The notes beneath the pieces are model-generated. The model saw nothing but the letters and a program-made list of their open reading frames with translations, was not told the origin of the DNA and ran no database searches. Shown one piece after another: positions 25,581-40,389 of a stretch of DNA of 64,000 nucleotides. The stretch is taken from the NCBI GenBank assembly GCA_964016885.1, contig OZ024753.1:30194001-30258000 (forward strand), in the 5' to 3' direction. Made by a program: the position numbers and the translations under genes. Origin of the DNA: Eledone cirrhosa (lineage: Eukaryota). Within the stretch, counting starts at the first letter, position 1; the number at the start of each line of letters is the position of its first letter.

Positions 25581-26859
25581 ACTAGCTTAACCTCTAACTC
25601 TATACACCAACGAATGTTTTAAACCGAAATAATCCTTCCTTTAAGGATCACAGACAACTTTCAGTAATCTTTGTAAATATTCGAAGCTGGTCGAAAAGAT
25701 ATAGTTTTTTAAATATATCAGATTCTACCACTATTTAATGTAATTTTCACCTATTTTCTTTGATATTAAATCATTATATTTCTTGGATCATTTTTTCTCT
25801 AATGACATTCAGTTTCGTTTATTATTTTTTTCACTTTTCATCTACAATTGTCGTCAACTGTTGTCATTTTCACTCTCGGAAAATATGTCTGATTTTTAAA
25901 GGAAGGATTAACTTAATCGAATATTTATTTCGAATATACACAGTAAAAAAATCAACAAACAAAAACGAAAAATAAGAGAAGAAACGAAAAAATAAAGGCA
26001 AACTTCACAACCTTAGCTGAACAATACATATAAAAGCCTCAAAGACTTGCCAAGCCTGTAAAATATTTTCAACACACCACGCCCCGTAACGTAAATAGAA
26101 ACTATAAATTGATTCTTTCTTTCACGTCATGATCAGCCGACATTCAGCTCACATGTAGAGCATGGGGGGGGGGGGGGGGAAGAACGAACCGTGTCGGTGA
26201 TGACGATGGTGGTGGTGGTGGTAACTTCAACAATAGTAGTAGTGTCGGCAGTAGTTGTAGTAGTATTGGAAGTGGTAGTAATAGTATCAGCAACAGTAGT
26301 AGTAGTATTTTCAGCAGCAGAAGTAGTAGTAGTAGCATTATCAGCAGCAGTAAAGGTAGTAGTTGTAGTTACGACAAGAATAGCAAATGAGTGGTGGTCG
26401 TAGTAGCAGCTACAGTAGTTATTGTCATTGTTGTTTAGCCCTAGGTCAAACCTATAATCAAATATATTCCAACCGAGACCATCCCGTCTGTATTTTTTCA
26501 GGTGTAGTACATCTAGAATTTACATTATCCAGTGTCATTTCTTATTTTTAAAAGACAATAGATAGAATATGATGTGAAGGAGATTTGGCTGTTATTTCTA
26601 GAAATAGAAATGATAGCAGTAATAACTGTTTTTAATTTAGGCACAATGACAGGGGGGGGGGGGGACTATTAAGTGATCTCAGTACTTTACTGGTATTTTA
26701 TTTTATCGACGACGGAAGGATGAAAGGCAAAGTTTACCTCGGCGAGATTTTAATGTATTAATAGAATGTAAAGACGAGAAACAAATACCGCAAAGCATTT
26801 TGTCCGGCGCTCTAACGATTCTGCCAATCTATGACTCTTGTGATAGTAATAACCCCACC

Positions 26860-27385
26860 AGCTGGGTGTAGCCTAGCCAAATAGTTAATTGATTCGCTTG
26901 ACAATTATTAGGTCCCGGGTTCAATCCCACTGCGTGGCTCCTTGGGCACATGTCATTAATCACAGCCACTAGTCGTGAAATTAGGTAGATCTTGCGGAGG
27001 AGTTCGGTAGTATGGGGTCCAAGTACACTGAGGTCTCGATGGCGCCCTGTGCGAAGAGGAAGCGGCTTGACAATCCCCGGTATTTGTTGGTCTTCCTTTC
27101 CTCTGCATTGAGAGTGGCAGTACAGGGGTTCGTGGCCAAAGCGACTAAGTTGGAGGCAGATAACGTGTCGTAACATGTGGGGTCCCCCAGATGAGGGATC
27201 TACCTCCTTTGAATAGGAAAAGAGTAATTCCATCCTGGACACCAAAAATTAAACACGTTTAACACTATTTGTCGTTTCTTTTATAAATTTTATTTTACAC
27301 AAAGAAAAACCCACACTGTATCGTCATGTATCGTCTTTAATGTTTCATTAATGTGAGCCCTGTGTGGCTAATAAAGAAATCATTA
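26860..27385 (+). mobile_element. tRNA-derived SINE head joined to a probable LINE 3' end
   Basis: B-box GGTTCAATCCC followed by CORE-like CCTTGGGCA. The tail GCCCTGTGTGGCTAATAAAGAAATCATT also occurs inverted at ~46300-46328. Confidence 0.45.
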
Positions 27386-27655
27386 TTGGCGACACAGGTC
27401 CACTAGTAAGTTAGAAATTACATGTTTAGTTTTGAGTGTGTACAGAGTGCCCTGCAGTAATAATGTCAGCGGGTGTGTGAGGCGTGGGTGCTCCGATCAA
27501 TAAACTCAAGTTATGTATATATGTCAAAATATGTAACTATATCGATATATATGGAGCAACATGTACAAACCTATGTTCTAATTTATTGTTTTGTATTTTA
27601 TAATCACTGATAGCAGTAAATATATTGATAATTCCAGGATTTATGTTCGTATCTA

Positions 27656-27706
<51 letters not shown>

Positions 27707-28129
27707 TTTAGAGAGAGCCTGTGTGTGGGTGTGTGAGAGAACAAGGATGTATATATGCGTGTTGACGTGTATGTGTGAATAATAGGATGTCATTATAAGT
27801 GTGTGTGTGTTGGTGTGTGTCAGTGATAGGATGCCGTTATAAGTGTGTCAGTGATAGGGTGTCGTGTGTGTGTGTGAGAATGATAGGGTGTCGTTATATA
27901 TGCGTGTGTGTGATAGGTTGTCGTTATTCATGTTGGCGTGTGTGTATGTATATGTATGTATGTGTGTGTTAGTAATAATATAAGGTATTATTATAGATTG
28001 ATAATGTTGATGAGAGGACAGTGTGTCGCTCTATCTGTCATCGGAGCCCCAGGGTTAGATAGGGATCTGGGTTCTACTGTTACATGCCCACTGCATGTTG
28101 CTACAGGTCAGCAGACGATAAAACCGTCT

Positions 28130-28965
28130 GCTCTTTCTCACTTCCATTCTCTCTCACTCTCTTTCCTTCTCTGGAAGAAATCTGCTGTGTTTAGGCCTGG
28201 AGAGGGATGGGGCTCTGCCAGGTTACAAAAAAGATGCCCTAGAAACGCTGTATGTCAACAGAGTGCCCCAACGATTCTTTTTGAAGTTACGGGACCATGC
28301 ATGCATGCAAGAAAAAGAATCATACTGTATCGTCATTCCCGTGGGTTAACAAGGGATGCATTCAGGCCTTAGGCCGAGGGGCCTGTTCGAAAAATATATT
28401 GCAGTCTCCATTTTGTGTTGTAAAAACTGATGATGAGACTGCGACCTGTCCTGAGAGGCATGGGATGGACGCATAAAATTGCGAATCCCGAGAGCCTAAA
28501 GAGGGTTCAGAAAGGAGCAAACCATAACAATTGGAACCTGGAACATTATAACCCTTACAGATAAAAAGCAGGGACTATTGGAGGAGGCTAGGTGCTACTG
28601 GCTAGATATAGTTGGGGTTTCCTTGACAAAGTTCTGTGGCTCTGATACTGTAGATTTGGATGGAAGATGGAAACTCTACTATTCAGGTGTGGTGCCAGAG
28701 AAATGTCTCATAGGTGGGAGTGGAGATACCTCACCAATGATGCATACTGTTTCCTGTTCATAATTGTCATAAACAGGAATGACCTGCGCAGCCGATGGGG
28801 TGTAGGATAAGTCGGCTGGAATTTGCAGATGATGTTATTACTTAACTCATCAGAAGGTGATCTCTGATATACACTCGATAGGTTTGATGCTGAGTGCTGT
28901 ATGGCTGGAATGAAAATCAGTGCTGTAAAGACTGAGACACTCGGCCTCTCAAGGAAGCCTGACAA
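28130..28965 (+). mobile_element. RTE-clade LINE 5' fragment (putative 5' UTR and APE endonuclease N-terminus, internally deleted)
   Basis: IGTWNIITL...LDIVGVS..K...WKLYYSGV is the start of an APE domain. Segment 28130-28296 is repeated at 20510-20668. Confidence 0.7.
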
Positions 28966-29229
28966 ATCGGTGTAAGAGTTTCTAGTAGTTTAAAATTATG
29001 CTGTGTTTGTTACTAATGTTATTGTGGTAGTAGTTATAAGGTATGTAGCTTAGTGGTTAAAGCATTGGGCTTACAATTGTGAAGTTGTGAGTTTGATTCC
29101 CAGACAAGGCAGTGTGTGCAGGTGGTGGTGGTTGTGGTGGTGATAATGTTGTAGTAGTAATCATAGTAATGGTGGTATAAGTAGTAGCAACAGTAGTAGT
29201 AGTGGAGGTGATGGGGGTGGTGGTGGTAA

Positions 29230-29270
<41 letters not shown>

Positions 29271-29729
29271 ATATTTGCAAACGGCAGTTCATCTTCTATT
29301 GAAATGTTATCAACTAGTAGAGTTAGTATGATAACTGTTGCTGCAGTAATTAGTAATATTACTGCATTGGTTGCTAGTGTTGTTACTCAAAGAATTTCTA
29401 ACATTTTTACTTTGTTGTTGTTGTATAGAGTTGATATAGCAGATGAGAGCAGAAAGCAATAACTAGTACAGTATTTTGTAAACTTGATATGACTTTTAGT
29501 GATTAACCCTTATATACATACATACATGATGACTGTGACTCGATTTTGAGTAATGCCATTGCTTGATACTTAAGCATGAACATCACTGGCTTTTTAGTCC
29601 TACTAGGGAGTTGCCTATGGCCAGCAATACCATGCATTGCAAAAAATGTCACATATCAAGCAATGCCTGTGCTAGGTCATGAAAGCAGAACCAGATCAAG
29701 TCATTTTCGGGTCCTGACCACTTAAAAGC

Positions 29730-29898
29730 AAACCTACCACCAACCTCTAAAAACCCAAACAGGGAGCACCATGAAAAAAAGTGCTCCAAAACAGGGAGAA
29801 ATGAAACAAAATGGGGAAATTTTACATAATGATAGCTATACCCATTTTCACAAGAGAAGACATCTCTTACCCACCCCAAAGGAGAGTTGACAGATCTG
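29730..29898 (+). mobile_element. MITE with CAGACCTG-type TIRs (copy without SINE)
   Basis: Internal sequence matches 16600-16924 without the SINE. Confidence 0.75.
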
Positions 29899-31559
29899 AT
29901 AATATCATGATAAAATGTTTTAATATAAGGATAAATATTTTTTTAAATGGCTAGTTTTGTATCATAGATTAAGAGTGGTTTTGGGTGGGTTGGTATCAAA
30001 AGGGTTAATAATTGTTTAATATTATCCAATGGCAGTATCAGTAGAGCATCAGACACCATACTTTGCAGCTTAGAGTTATGGCTCTTTATATTCTTAGTTC
30101 AAATCCTGTCACGGTTAGCTTAATTTTGCCTTTCATCTTTACGGTGTTGATTAAATAAAGCACCAGTCATACACTGGGGTCAATTTAATCGACTTCTCCT
30201 CCCCTAAATTGCTGGCCTTGTGCCAAATGTAGAAACAATTATCCAGTACTGGACTTTTGGAATGATCTCACACTGCCATGAAGCTGTAAATACCTTTACC
30301 TGCTTTGCTCATTAGTTCAACACTTCCCATGATGCCTTAATATTTGGGTGGAAGAAGAATCACACCTAAAGATAAGAAACAGCCAGCAAATGGTTTGTAC
30401 TAAAGCTTTACTATTTTTATATAGAATGGAATGTAAAGCAATGGAATGCTGAGAAAAAAAAGTTGTTTATATGATAGTTACATAAGTAGTGAAGTTAGTG
30501 CTTCATCTAGCTTTTCTTTTACATCTTAACTTCGAAACGTCAATGCTTGGTAAGAAAAAAAAGTACACATCCCTTTAACCTAATAAGTTTTTTTAATGTA
30601 TTATACAATATGATAGTAATATAGGATATTTACATGACACCCTCCTCTCTCTCTCCTTTTTATTCCTCTCCCCACACACTCTCATACTCACTTATACACC
30701 CACACATACCCATACACACACACTCACACATCTACACACACACTCACACATACATCCACATACACTCATATACACACACACACACACTCACACATCCACA
30801 CACACTCACTCAACATCTTCACACTCACACACACTCATTCATACACATATATACACACGTGTATATAAAAAAACAAAACAGACAAGAGCATACATAGATG
30901 CTTCTACACACATGCACACACACACAGACTTGTGCACACACATATGCACAAACACACACACAGAAACTCACACTGATGTGCACATATAATGAGACCTTAA
31001 GTCATTAAAAAATATGATAGCAAATTTGTTAGTGCCAGTCAAAAAAGAAGATAAATTCCAATTGCTTTTAACATTAATGGTGGAGATATTTAGAGGAGAA
31101 AAAAGCTTGCTGTTACGTAACACTATGAGATTCTGAGAATTCCAACATTTTTGAAAATCAACTGACAAGAATGAAATAGAGTGTGAGAGAAATTCAAGGT
31201 GGCAGAGTCTAACTTCACAAGGAAGGGGTGATTGAAAGTATGTAGAACAAATTCAAGGAGGCAGAGTCTAACTTCATAAGGAAGCGGTGATTGGAGGTAG
31301 GTAGAACACATTCAAGGTGACAGAGTCTAATTTCATAAGGTAGGTAGAACAAATGGATGTCCCACCAGAATAACTAAGTATAAAGACTTGTCAGCATGGA
31401 GGCGAAAAAAAAAGCAAGCAACAAAAGAAACCAAGGTGAATGAGTGACATAGATGTCAGTTAAGCAAAAGTTACCATGGACCAGCTGATAAAAGGAGCTA
31501 GCCAGAGGTCAGTGTATTTTTGAGTAGATATATGCTAAAGGGTTAACTTTACCATCCAA

Positions 31560-31855
31560 GGACCAGGTGGTGATGTTAAACTGGGTGACAGATTAAGTCT
31601 CCCACCAAAGGACCTGATGGTGGTGTTAAACTGGGTGACATATTAAGTCTACAATGAAAAGACCAGATGGTGGTGTTAAACAGGGTGACAGATTAAGTCT
31701 CCCACCAAAGGACCTGATGGTGGTGTTAAACTGGGTGACATATTAAGTCTACAATGAAAAGACCAGATGGTGGTGTTAAACTGGGTGACATATTAAGTCT
31801 ACAATGAAAAGACCAGATGGTGGTGTTAATCTGGGTGCCATATTAAGTCTACCAC
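31560..31855. repeat. 50-bp tandem repeat, ~6 copies in two alternating variants
   Basis: Unit GACCAGATGGTGGTGTTAAACTGGGTGACATATTAAGTCTACAATGAAAA. A separate ~59-bp repeat (2-3 copies) lies at 31190-31350. Confidence 0.9.
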
Positions 31856-32504
31856 CATAGAACTCAGAATGTAAAGAGCCAAAACATATACTGCAAGGCG
31901 TGTCTACTGAACCCTAGCAATTTTATCATTTTACCAACTTAGATTGGTACCTTTGTTTTGTAGACACCAAATTGACTTCAGCTATATTTGAACTCAGAGT
32001 ACCGAGAGTCAGAAGAAATACCACAAGGCATTTTATCTTATGCTCTAATAACTCTGCCAAATTATCACCTTGATTAAATATAGCAATTGTGTTGGACAGG
32101 TGAGAATAAATTGTGATCAATGAATTAAAGGTTATTTTGTAGCTTACCTCAACTGCAACTATCTCTTCTACATGTGAATGAAGTAGAGTATTTGTAGTCT
32201 ACGTCCATGTGTGTGTGAGTGTGTATTTGTGGTCTATGTGTGTGTATTTGTGCTGTATGTGCATGTGTCTCTGAGTGTGTGTGTGTGTGTGTGTCTCTCT
32301 CTCTCTCTGTGAGTGTGTGTATGTGTGTGTCTCTGTTTGTATGCATGTGTCTGTGTGGGTGTATTAAATCATCCATAAATACTCACACACACACTCATAT
32401 ATATACTTAAAATTTATATATATACAAACATACATACATACATATATATACATACATACATAGGTTAGTCTTACCATAAACTTATATGCATGTATGTGTG
32501 TATG

Positions 32505-32558
<54 letters not shown>

Positions 32559-32914
32559 AATGTATGAGTGTAAGACTTTATGTACATATATGTATGAATG
32601 TATATATGTATGAGTGTGTCTGTACATGTATATATATATGTATATATGTATATATGTATGAGTGTATGTGTGTCTGTGTTAAGTGTCCCAAGGGCAGGAG
32701 GTGAAAGGTCAACTACTAGTGTTATTGTCATTTACTATTATCAGATGAGGTGAATGACAAAACCAGTAGATTGTCCCCCAAGCTACTGAGGAGACCAGCT
32801 TCTTGGTTAATTACAACTTGTCCTTCATTCACTCTCAATTACAACTTAGGTTTGGTTGGTATGTAGCTATGTTTTAATTATTCAGTGGGTCATCTCTGCA
32901 GTTGGCAGTGGTGG

Positions 32915-33201
32915 GAGAGAGGGTGAGAGAGAGAGGAGCTTGAGAGAGAGGAGCTTGAGAGAGAGGGGCTTGGGAGAGAGAGAGGCTAGAGAGAGAGAGG
33001 AGCTTGAGAGAGAGGGGCTTGAGAGAGAGAGAGGCTAGAGAGAGGAGCTTGAGAGAGAGGGGCTTGAGAGAGAGGGGCTTGAGAGAGAGGAGCTTGAGAG
33101 AAAGGGAGAAGCTTTGGAGAGAGAGAGGAGCTTGAGAGAGAGGGGCTTGGGAGAGAGAGAGGCTAGAGAGAGAGAGAGGAGCTTGAGAGAGAGAGAAGCT
33201 T

Positions 33202-33258
<57 letters not shown>

Positions 33259-33280
33259 GGGCTAGACAGAGAGAGGGGCT
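32915..33280. repeat. GA-rich compound repeat
   Basis: (GA)n with periodic GGCTT/GAGCTT interruptions. Confidence 0.9.
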
Positions 33281-33622
33281 ATAAAAAGAGATAAATTAGG
33301 ACATCAAACGATGATGATGATGCTGATCAAGGGAAGAGGAACACTATTTTATTTTGTTTTTCAGAAAAATGTTTACAGGTAAAACCAACTGGCAAGAGAC
33401 CCAGGGGTAGACCCCAAGCAAGATGGTTGGTTAACATCCATTAGCTTAGCTGATCTTGCTTGGGGAATCCAGCTGGACCAGATGGAGAAGGTTGCTTCTG
33501 ACAGGACCTGCTGGAAGGAGGGTTTGAGGACTCTCTCAGGAATAAGTGAGCGAAGAAGAAGTAGAGGAGGAAGAAGATTGTTTTTGGCAGACTTTATATA
33601 TGAGATGCACCATAACCTTTTA

Positions 33623-34007
33623 CAGACCTGTCAACTCTCCCCATACAACAGAGAGACCTCCCACCTACTTTGGGGTGATTGAGAGATGTCTGTTCTTGTG
33701 AAAATGGGTATAGCTTTCATTATATAAGGTGGATTGGCAGTATCGGTAGAAGGTCGGACGCTATGCTTTCCAGCAAAGTTACGTCCCTTTATGGTCTGAG
33801 TTCAAATCCCGCTGAGGTTAACTTTGCCTTTCATCCTTACGGGGTCGATAAAATAAAGTACCAGTAATGTACTGGGTAATTGATGGCCTTGTGCCAAAAG
33901 TGGAAACAATTATATAAAATCTCCCCATTTTGCTTCATTTATCCCTGTTTTGGGGCACTCTTTTTCATGGTACTCCCCGTTTGGGTTTTTAGAGGTTGGT
34001 AGGTCTG
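33623..34007 (-). mobile_element. MITE with CAGACCTG-type TIRs, containing a SINE family 1 copy (33728-33908)
   Basis: TIRs CAGACCTGTCAAC / GTTGGTAGGTCTG, CTTTTA flanking duplication, SINE TSD ATTATATAA. Confidence 0.82.
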
Positions 34008-34419
34008 CTTTTAAGTGGTCAGGACCCAAAAATGACAATCTGGTTCTGCTTCGATGACTTTGCAACTACCATGGAAGAGACTAGACATCTACCATGCATA
34101 TATCCTACCTGATGGTAAGGATAGTGATCAATATATATACGTGTGTTATTTTTATCATTCTAATAACTACCTTACCATGCCATAACCATCAGCACCTTAA
34201 TTATATATAATTATAATAACTACCTCTACAAGGTCACTCAACCCGTTAGAAATAGCAACAATATTTCCCTCAAATTGCACCCAAATTATCTTGTAAAATG
34301 GATGGCTACTTTGGATAATATGGTCCTAGATATGTGATGCCCCATAGGGAGATGTGATTGGATGGTCATTGTTGGAATGTTTTAATAATAGGTCTGCTTA
34401 ATCAAGGCTGATATGACAC

Positions 34420-34944
34420 TAATAACAGCAACAACAACAATAACGTGACACCCCCACCATCACCACTACCAACAACACCTTCTCTGCCACTGTCACCACC
34501 ACCAACAACAACATCAACAACACTATCAACAATAATAACACTACTAACAACATGACCACCACCACCACCACCACCAACAACAACATGACCACCACCACCA
34601 CCACCACCACCACCACCAACAACAACATGACCACCACCACCACCACCACCACCACCACCAACAACAACATGACCACCACCACCACCACCAACAACAACAT
34701 GACCACCACCACCACCACCACCACCACCACCACCACCACCACCAACATGACCACCACCACCACCACCAACAACAACATGACCACCACCACCACCACCACC
34801 ACCAACAACAACAACATGACCACCACCACCACCAACAACAACATGACCACCACCACCACCACCACCACCAACAACAACAACATGACCACCACCACCACCA
34901 ACAACAACATGACCACCACCACCACCAACAACAACATGACCACC

Positions 34945-34975
<31 letters not shown>

Positions 34976-35232
34976 TGACCACCACCACCACCACCACCAC
35001 CACCAACAACAACATGACCACCACCACCACCACCACCACCAACAACAACATGACCACCACCACCACCAACAACAACATTACCACTACCATCACCACTAAC
35101 ACCACCACCAACAACAACAATACCACCACCACCACCACCACTGTCATCACCACCAACACCACCACCACCAGCAACAACAACAACACCATTACCACTGTCA
35201 TCACCACTAACACCACCACCACCACCAACACC

Positions 35233-35264
<32 letters not shown>

Positions 35265-35313
35265 CAACACCATTACCACTGTCATCACCACTAACACCAC
35301 CACCACCACCAAC

Positions 35314-35345
<32 letters not shown>

Positions 35346-35403
35346 CAACAACACCAACACCATTACCACTGTCATCACCACTAACACCACCACCACCACC
35401 AAC

Positions 35404-35435
<32 letters not shown>

Positions 35436-35487
35436 CACCAACACCATTACCACTGTCATCACCACTAACACCACCACCACCACCAAC

Positions 35488-35519
<32 letters not shown>

Positions 35520-35600
35520 CATTACCACTGTCACCACCACCACCACCACCACCACCACCACCACCACCAGCAACAACAACAACAACAACAACAATAACAA
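34420..35600. repeat. (ACC)n/(AAC)n compound trinucleotide repeat
   Basis: Directly visible; gives rise to the poly-T/N and poly-V/L ORFs. Confidence 0.95.
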
Positions 35601-35839
35601 TCTTACTACTTAATCGATCTTGTTAGTTAATTATCTAAATATAGATTTAAAGATATTTCTAATTTTGGCTTCCAGTCAAACAACTGTTGATAAACAAATG
35701 ACTGCGAGGCCAATGATATTGGAATTGTTAAGTCACCATTCCTAAGACATCTCATTACAGCTCTTCCAGATCATCTATATTGGTCAAAGTATTGATTTGA
35801 TAAAGGCACAATGCTTTCAGCTTGACTAAATCTATTATT

Positions 35840-36364
35840 GGTTTCTTATATAGGCACAAGGCCAGCAATTTTGGGGGAGGGGGGAAAGTCGATAAAATCA
35901 ACCCCAGTGTGTGACTGGTACTTTATTTTATCGACCCCGTAAGGATGAAAGGCAAAGTTAACCTGGGCGGGATTTGAACTCGGATCGTAAAGGGCCATAA
36001 CTCTTTGCTGCAAAGCATGGCGTCCGACTCTCTACCGATTCTGCCAATCCGAGCGGTGGATTGGCAGTATCGGTAGAGGGTCGGATGCCATGCTTTCCAG
36101 CATAGTTACGTCCCTTTACAATCTGAGTTCAAATCCCGCCGAGGTTGACTTTGCCTTTCATCCTTACGGGGTCGATAAAATAAAGTACCAGTAATGCACT
36201 GGGTAATTACTGGCCTTGTGCCTAAAGTAGAAACAATTATTATTATTATTAAAGGCTGCGTGTAGCAAAATCTGTAGGGGTCAATAAATAAAGCATGAGT
36301 ATTGCACTGGGGTCGATTTAATCGATTTTCCCTTCTTCCAAAATTGCTGGTCTTGTAGAAACAA
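35840..36364. mobile_element. Cluster of SINE family 1 copies, including an abutting head-to-head pair (35840-36050 minus; 36053-36235 plus)
   Basis: Consensus matches on opposite strands, only a few bp apart. Confidence 0.9.
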
Positions 36365-36992
36365 TTATTAATACACACACAGAAATGGTGGTGGATTTTA
36401 CATCCAACATTTGCAATGTACCATACATTTTGAATTGTGGCTTTGTAGGTCTAGTAGATAAGCTCTATACTGGGTTTTTACACTATATTTTCATGGAAAA
36501 AGGTGTGACTTAGATATGATCAATGTCAACTCTGTATTTCAACCATTTGGGAGAAGGTGTGTGAATTATATATTATATAGGCACTAGTCAACTATTGGAT
36601 TAATTCAATTGACAATACACTCCTCACAAATGTGTGAAGTAGATAGATATCAAAACTTATATATACAGTGAGCCATAATTAGCTTATTGATCACAAAGAA
36701 ACATAGCAATGACAGGCTTGCAAACGACCAAAAATAAACCTTTATGAATCGCTGACGTAATACTTCTGGAATTAAGTTTAATATCACTATGGTTTCGGTT
36801 TTATTCCCATTTCTTAACAGTAACTTATGAAGTAAATTAAGAGGGAAGGTTTTTGATAAATATAAACCCTTTAAAAGAAACAGCTTTCTATCATAGAGCC
36901 AGGGACAGTTTCAGGTGGTTTAGTATCAAATGAGTGAACAAAATGAGGAATGAGTCTTCTAATGGATAAGATGCCAGTCTATTGCAGATAAC

Positions 36993-38361
36993 ATTCCCAG
37001 GTGATCAGGTAGCTATTCCCAAGTGATCTGGTAGCTATTCCCAAGTGATCTGGTAGTTATTCCCAGGTGATCTGGTAGCTATTCCCAGGTGATCTGGTAG
37101 CTATTCCCAGGTGATCTGGTAGCTATTCCCAAGTGATCAGGTAGCTATTCCCAGGTGATCTGGTAGCTATTCCCAAGTGATCTGGTAGCTATTCCCAGGT
37201 GATCTGGTAGCTATTCCCAAGTGATCTGGTAGCTATTCCCAAGTGATCTGGTAGCTATTCCCAGGTGATCTGGTAGCTATTCCCAAGTGATCTGGTAGCT
37301 ATTCCCAGGTGATCTGGTAGCTATTCCCAGGTGATCTGGTAGCTATTCCCAGGTGATCTGGTAGCTATTCCCAGGTGATCTGGTAGCTATTCCCAAGTGA
37401 TCTGGTAGCTATTCCCAGGTGATCTGGTAGCTATTCCCAAGTGATCTGGTAGCTATTCCCAAGTGATCTGGTAGCTATTCCCAAGTGATCTGGTAGCTAT
37501 TCCCAGGTGATCTGGTAGCTATTCCCAAGTGATCTGGTAGCTATTCCCAGGTGATCTGGTAACTATTCCCAGGTGATCTGGTAGCTATTCCCAGGTGATC
37601 TGGTAGCTATTCCCAAGTGATCTGGTAGCTATTCCCAGGTGATCTGGTAGCTATTCCCAAGTGATCTGGTAGCTATTCCCAGGTGATCTGGTAGCTATTC
37701 CCAGGTGATCAGGTAGCTATTCCCAGGTGATCTGGTAGCTATTCCCAGGTGATCTGGTAGCTATTCCCAGGTGATCAGGTAGCTATTCCCAGGTGATCTG
37801 GTAGCTATTCCCAGGTGATCAGGTAGCTATTCCCAGGTGATCTGGTAGCTATTCCCAAGTGATCTGGTAGCTATTCCCAGGTGATCTGGTAGCTATTCCC
37901 AGGTGATCAGGTAGCTATTCCCAGGTGATCTGGTAGCTATTCCCAGGTGATCTGGTAACTATTCCCAGGTGATCAGGTAGCTATTCCCAGGTGATCTGGT
38001 AGCTATTCCCAGGTGATCAGGTAGCTATTCCCAGGTGATCTGGTAGCTATTCCCAGGTGATCTGGTAACTATTCCCAGGTGATCAGGTAGCTATTCCCAG
38101 GTGATCTGGTAGCTATTCCCAGGTGATCAGGTAGCTATTCCCAGGTGATCAGGTAGCTATTCCCAGGTGATCTGGTAGCTATTCCCAGGTGATCTGGTAG
38201 CTATTCCCAGGTGATCAGGTAGCTATTCCCAGGTGATCTGGTAGCTATTCCCAGGTGATCTGGTAACTATTCCCAGGTGATCAGGTAGCTATTCCCAGGT
38301 GATCAGGTAGCTATTCCCAGGTGATCAGGTAGCTATTCCCAGGTGATCTGGTAGCTATTCC
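36993..38361. repeat. 22-bp minisatellite, ~62 copies
   Basis: Unit ATTCCCAGGTGATCTGGTAGCT. Confidence 0.97.
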
Positions 38362-39257
38362 AAACAGCTGGGTGAATGAAAACATGAAGAACTAAATTTT
38401 ATTCGAAAATACACAGGACTCATACACTGTTCCCTTTCCTGACATTTCTACATTATTCTATGTACTATACATGCACTTTTGGTGAGTGGTAGTGCACCTG
38501 AACACTGTACACAATAATTTCAATATCATTATTATGATTATCATAAAAAAGGGATAGTTATAGCTGGAATGTCTTTGATCTTAAGTCTGCTTGATCAGAA
38601 CTGACCTCATCTAGGCTATAAATTGAACTGACATTAAGTCAACTCTATAATTTAAAAAAAATAGAAATATATGTGTGACAACTGTAGAATTAGATGAAAG
38701 GGTTGTATTTGGTTGAATATATAGGGTCAATATCCAGGGGTTAGTTTTTTAATTGTTGTTGTTTAGCCCCTAGTCAGCCATTATTGAGAAAATCTATGAT
38801 CGAAGGCCAGCTATTTGTCCAATGTCTCTCTCTCTCTCTCTCCCCCCCCCCCTCTCTCTCTCCCCCCCTCTCTCTCTCTCTCTCTGCGTGTGTGTGTTTT
38901 TGTGTGAAAGAGAAAAGGAGAAAGAATATTTGTAAATATGTGTACCTATACATAAAGAGAGATATAGTAAAAAATATGAACTGAATTTATTACACATTGA
39001 TATAACCATACAAGTTATATAACCATACAAGTTGGTATGTAGCGAGTAAAAGTTTTATGGATACAGCGAGTGATTATTTAGTAATGTTGGTAATAGTAAT
39101 TAGTATTGGTGAATTGTTTAGTGGTTTATGGTATGGCAGTGGTTTAGTGGTAATGAACTTTTGGCTTTATAGCTATTAAGTATAAGGCTGACCTATTCAT
39201 ATGAAGCGCTGTGTGAAATGTCATTGAATGGACAAATAAACGATGATTGCTACTTAA

Positions 39258-39478
39258 CCCTTTAGTATTGAAATTACTCTATATTTACTATTGTATTTTC
39301 ATGGTAGAGGCTTTACCTCACATAATTATCTCTCATAATATCAAATCTATAAGATTATGATATTATTTATTTTGAGAACAATACCTTAACATCAGTATGA
39401 GAAGCCAGTTACAGCCAGTTTGAACAGAAAGAGGTGAGATAATTCTGGTTGGATACAGCCGGTTTAAATGCTAAAGAG
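39258..39478 (+). mobile_element. piggyBac-like MITE (TTAA TSD, CCCTTTAG TIR)
   Basis: TTAA|CCCTTTAGTATT...AATGCTAAAGAG|TTAA. Same family as 55789-56210. Confidence 0.8.
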
Positions 39479-39747
39479 TTAAATAGTTAAATAAGTTTTA
39501 TTAAGGAATAACCTGCTATTAGGTTATTGAAGATAACGCATGCCAGCATAGAAAAATGGACGTCAAACAGTGATGATGATGATGATATGATAGGAAAAAA
39601 GGGCTTTGTTGTTTGTTTGTGTAAGAGTGTGTGCAGAGAGTTCAAAAGATGATATACACTGTTGAGGCACAAACTGACCTTTTGTTGCAGAAGAACAGGA
39701 ATGTAGCTCACTGGCCCTTATCAATAAGGGCTACGATGTGTTGTGGT

Positions 39748-39858
39748 TAACCTTTAGCACACTGAATTTTTGCATGAATCGCTTCCCTTGACACTTATGT
39801 ATAAAGGGAAGGTTACTCTATCAGTGACATAAGGTGCCTAGAGCACGCTGAAGGTTAA
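39748..39858. mobile_element. Short TTAA-flanked piggyBac-like MITE (~110 bp)
   Basis: TTAACCTTTAGCAC...GCTGAAGGTTAA. An inverted, interrupted copy lies at 44241-44939. Confidence 0.7.
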
Positions 39859-40389
39859 TGACTACATCACTCTTCTTGCTGGAACCAACTGAATGTGTAA
39901 TGTCTTATTTGAGAGATGAGAGCTGAAAGAGATGATGAAGCTGGTTATCTCGGATGAATTCATGAATTCCAGTTGACACTTTCCCCAGACTGAGTGGCGC
40001 CAGGTCTTGAAAAGAAAGCAACATGAACATCTATGTTGCCAAGGGGTCAGAATGTGTGGCTACCTTGACCTACTTTACCAACATGAGAACAGACGTTCAA
40101 ATTATTGCTACAGGTACACAGGTATATATTTTGATGTCATATACACAGAATGACAAACTCACACGCATACACAAACACACACATACACACAGAAATTCCC
40201 ACACACATACAGATAATTGTTTCTACTTTTGGCACAAGGCCAGCAATTATCCCAGCGCATTACTGGTACTTTATTTTATCGACCCCGTAAGGAGAAAGTT
40301 AACCTCGGTGAGATTTGAACTCAGAATGGCAAGGGCCGTAACTCTATGCGTCAAAGTATGGTGTCCGACCCTCTACCGATACTGCCACA

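Noticed and set aside
34419-35613. Mucin-like poly-Thr/Asn ORF
   Set aside because: Pure trinucleotide repeat that is open on both strands, with no unique coding sequence or clear splice signals.
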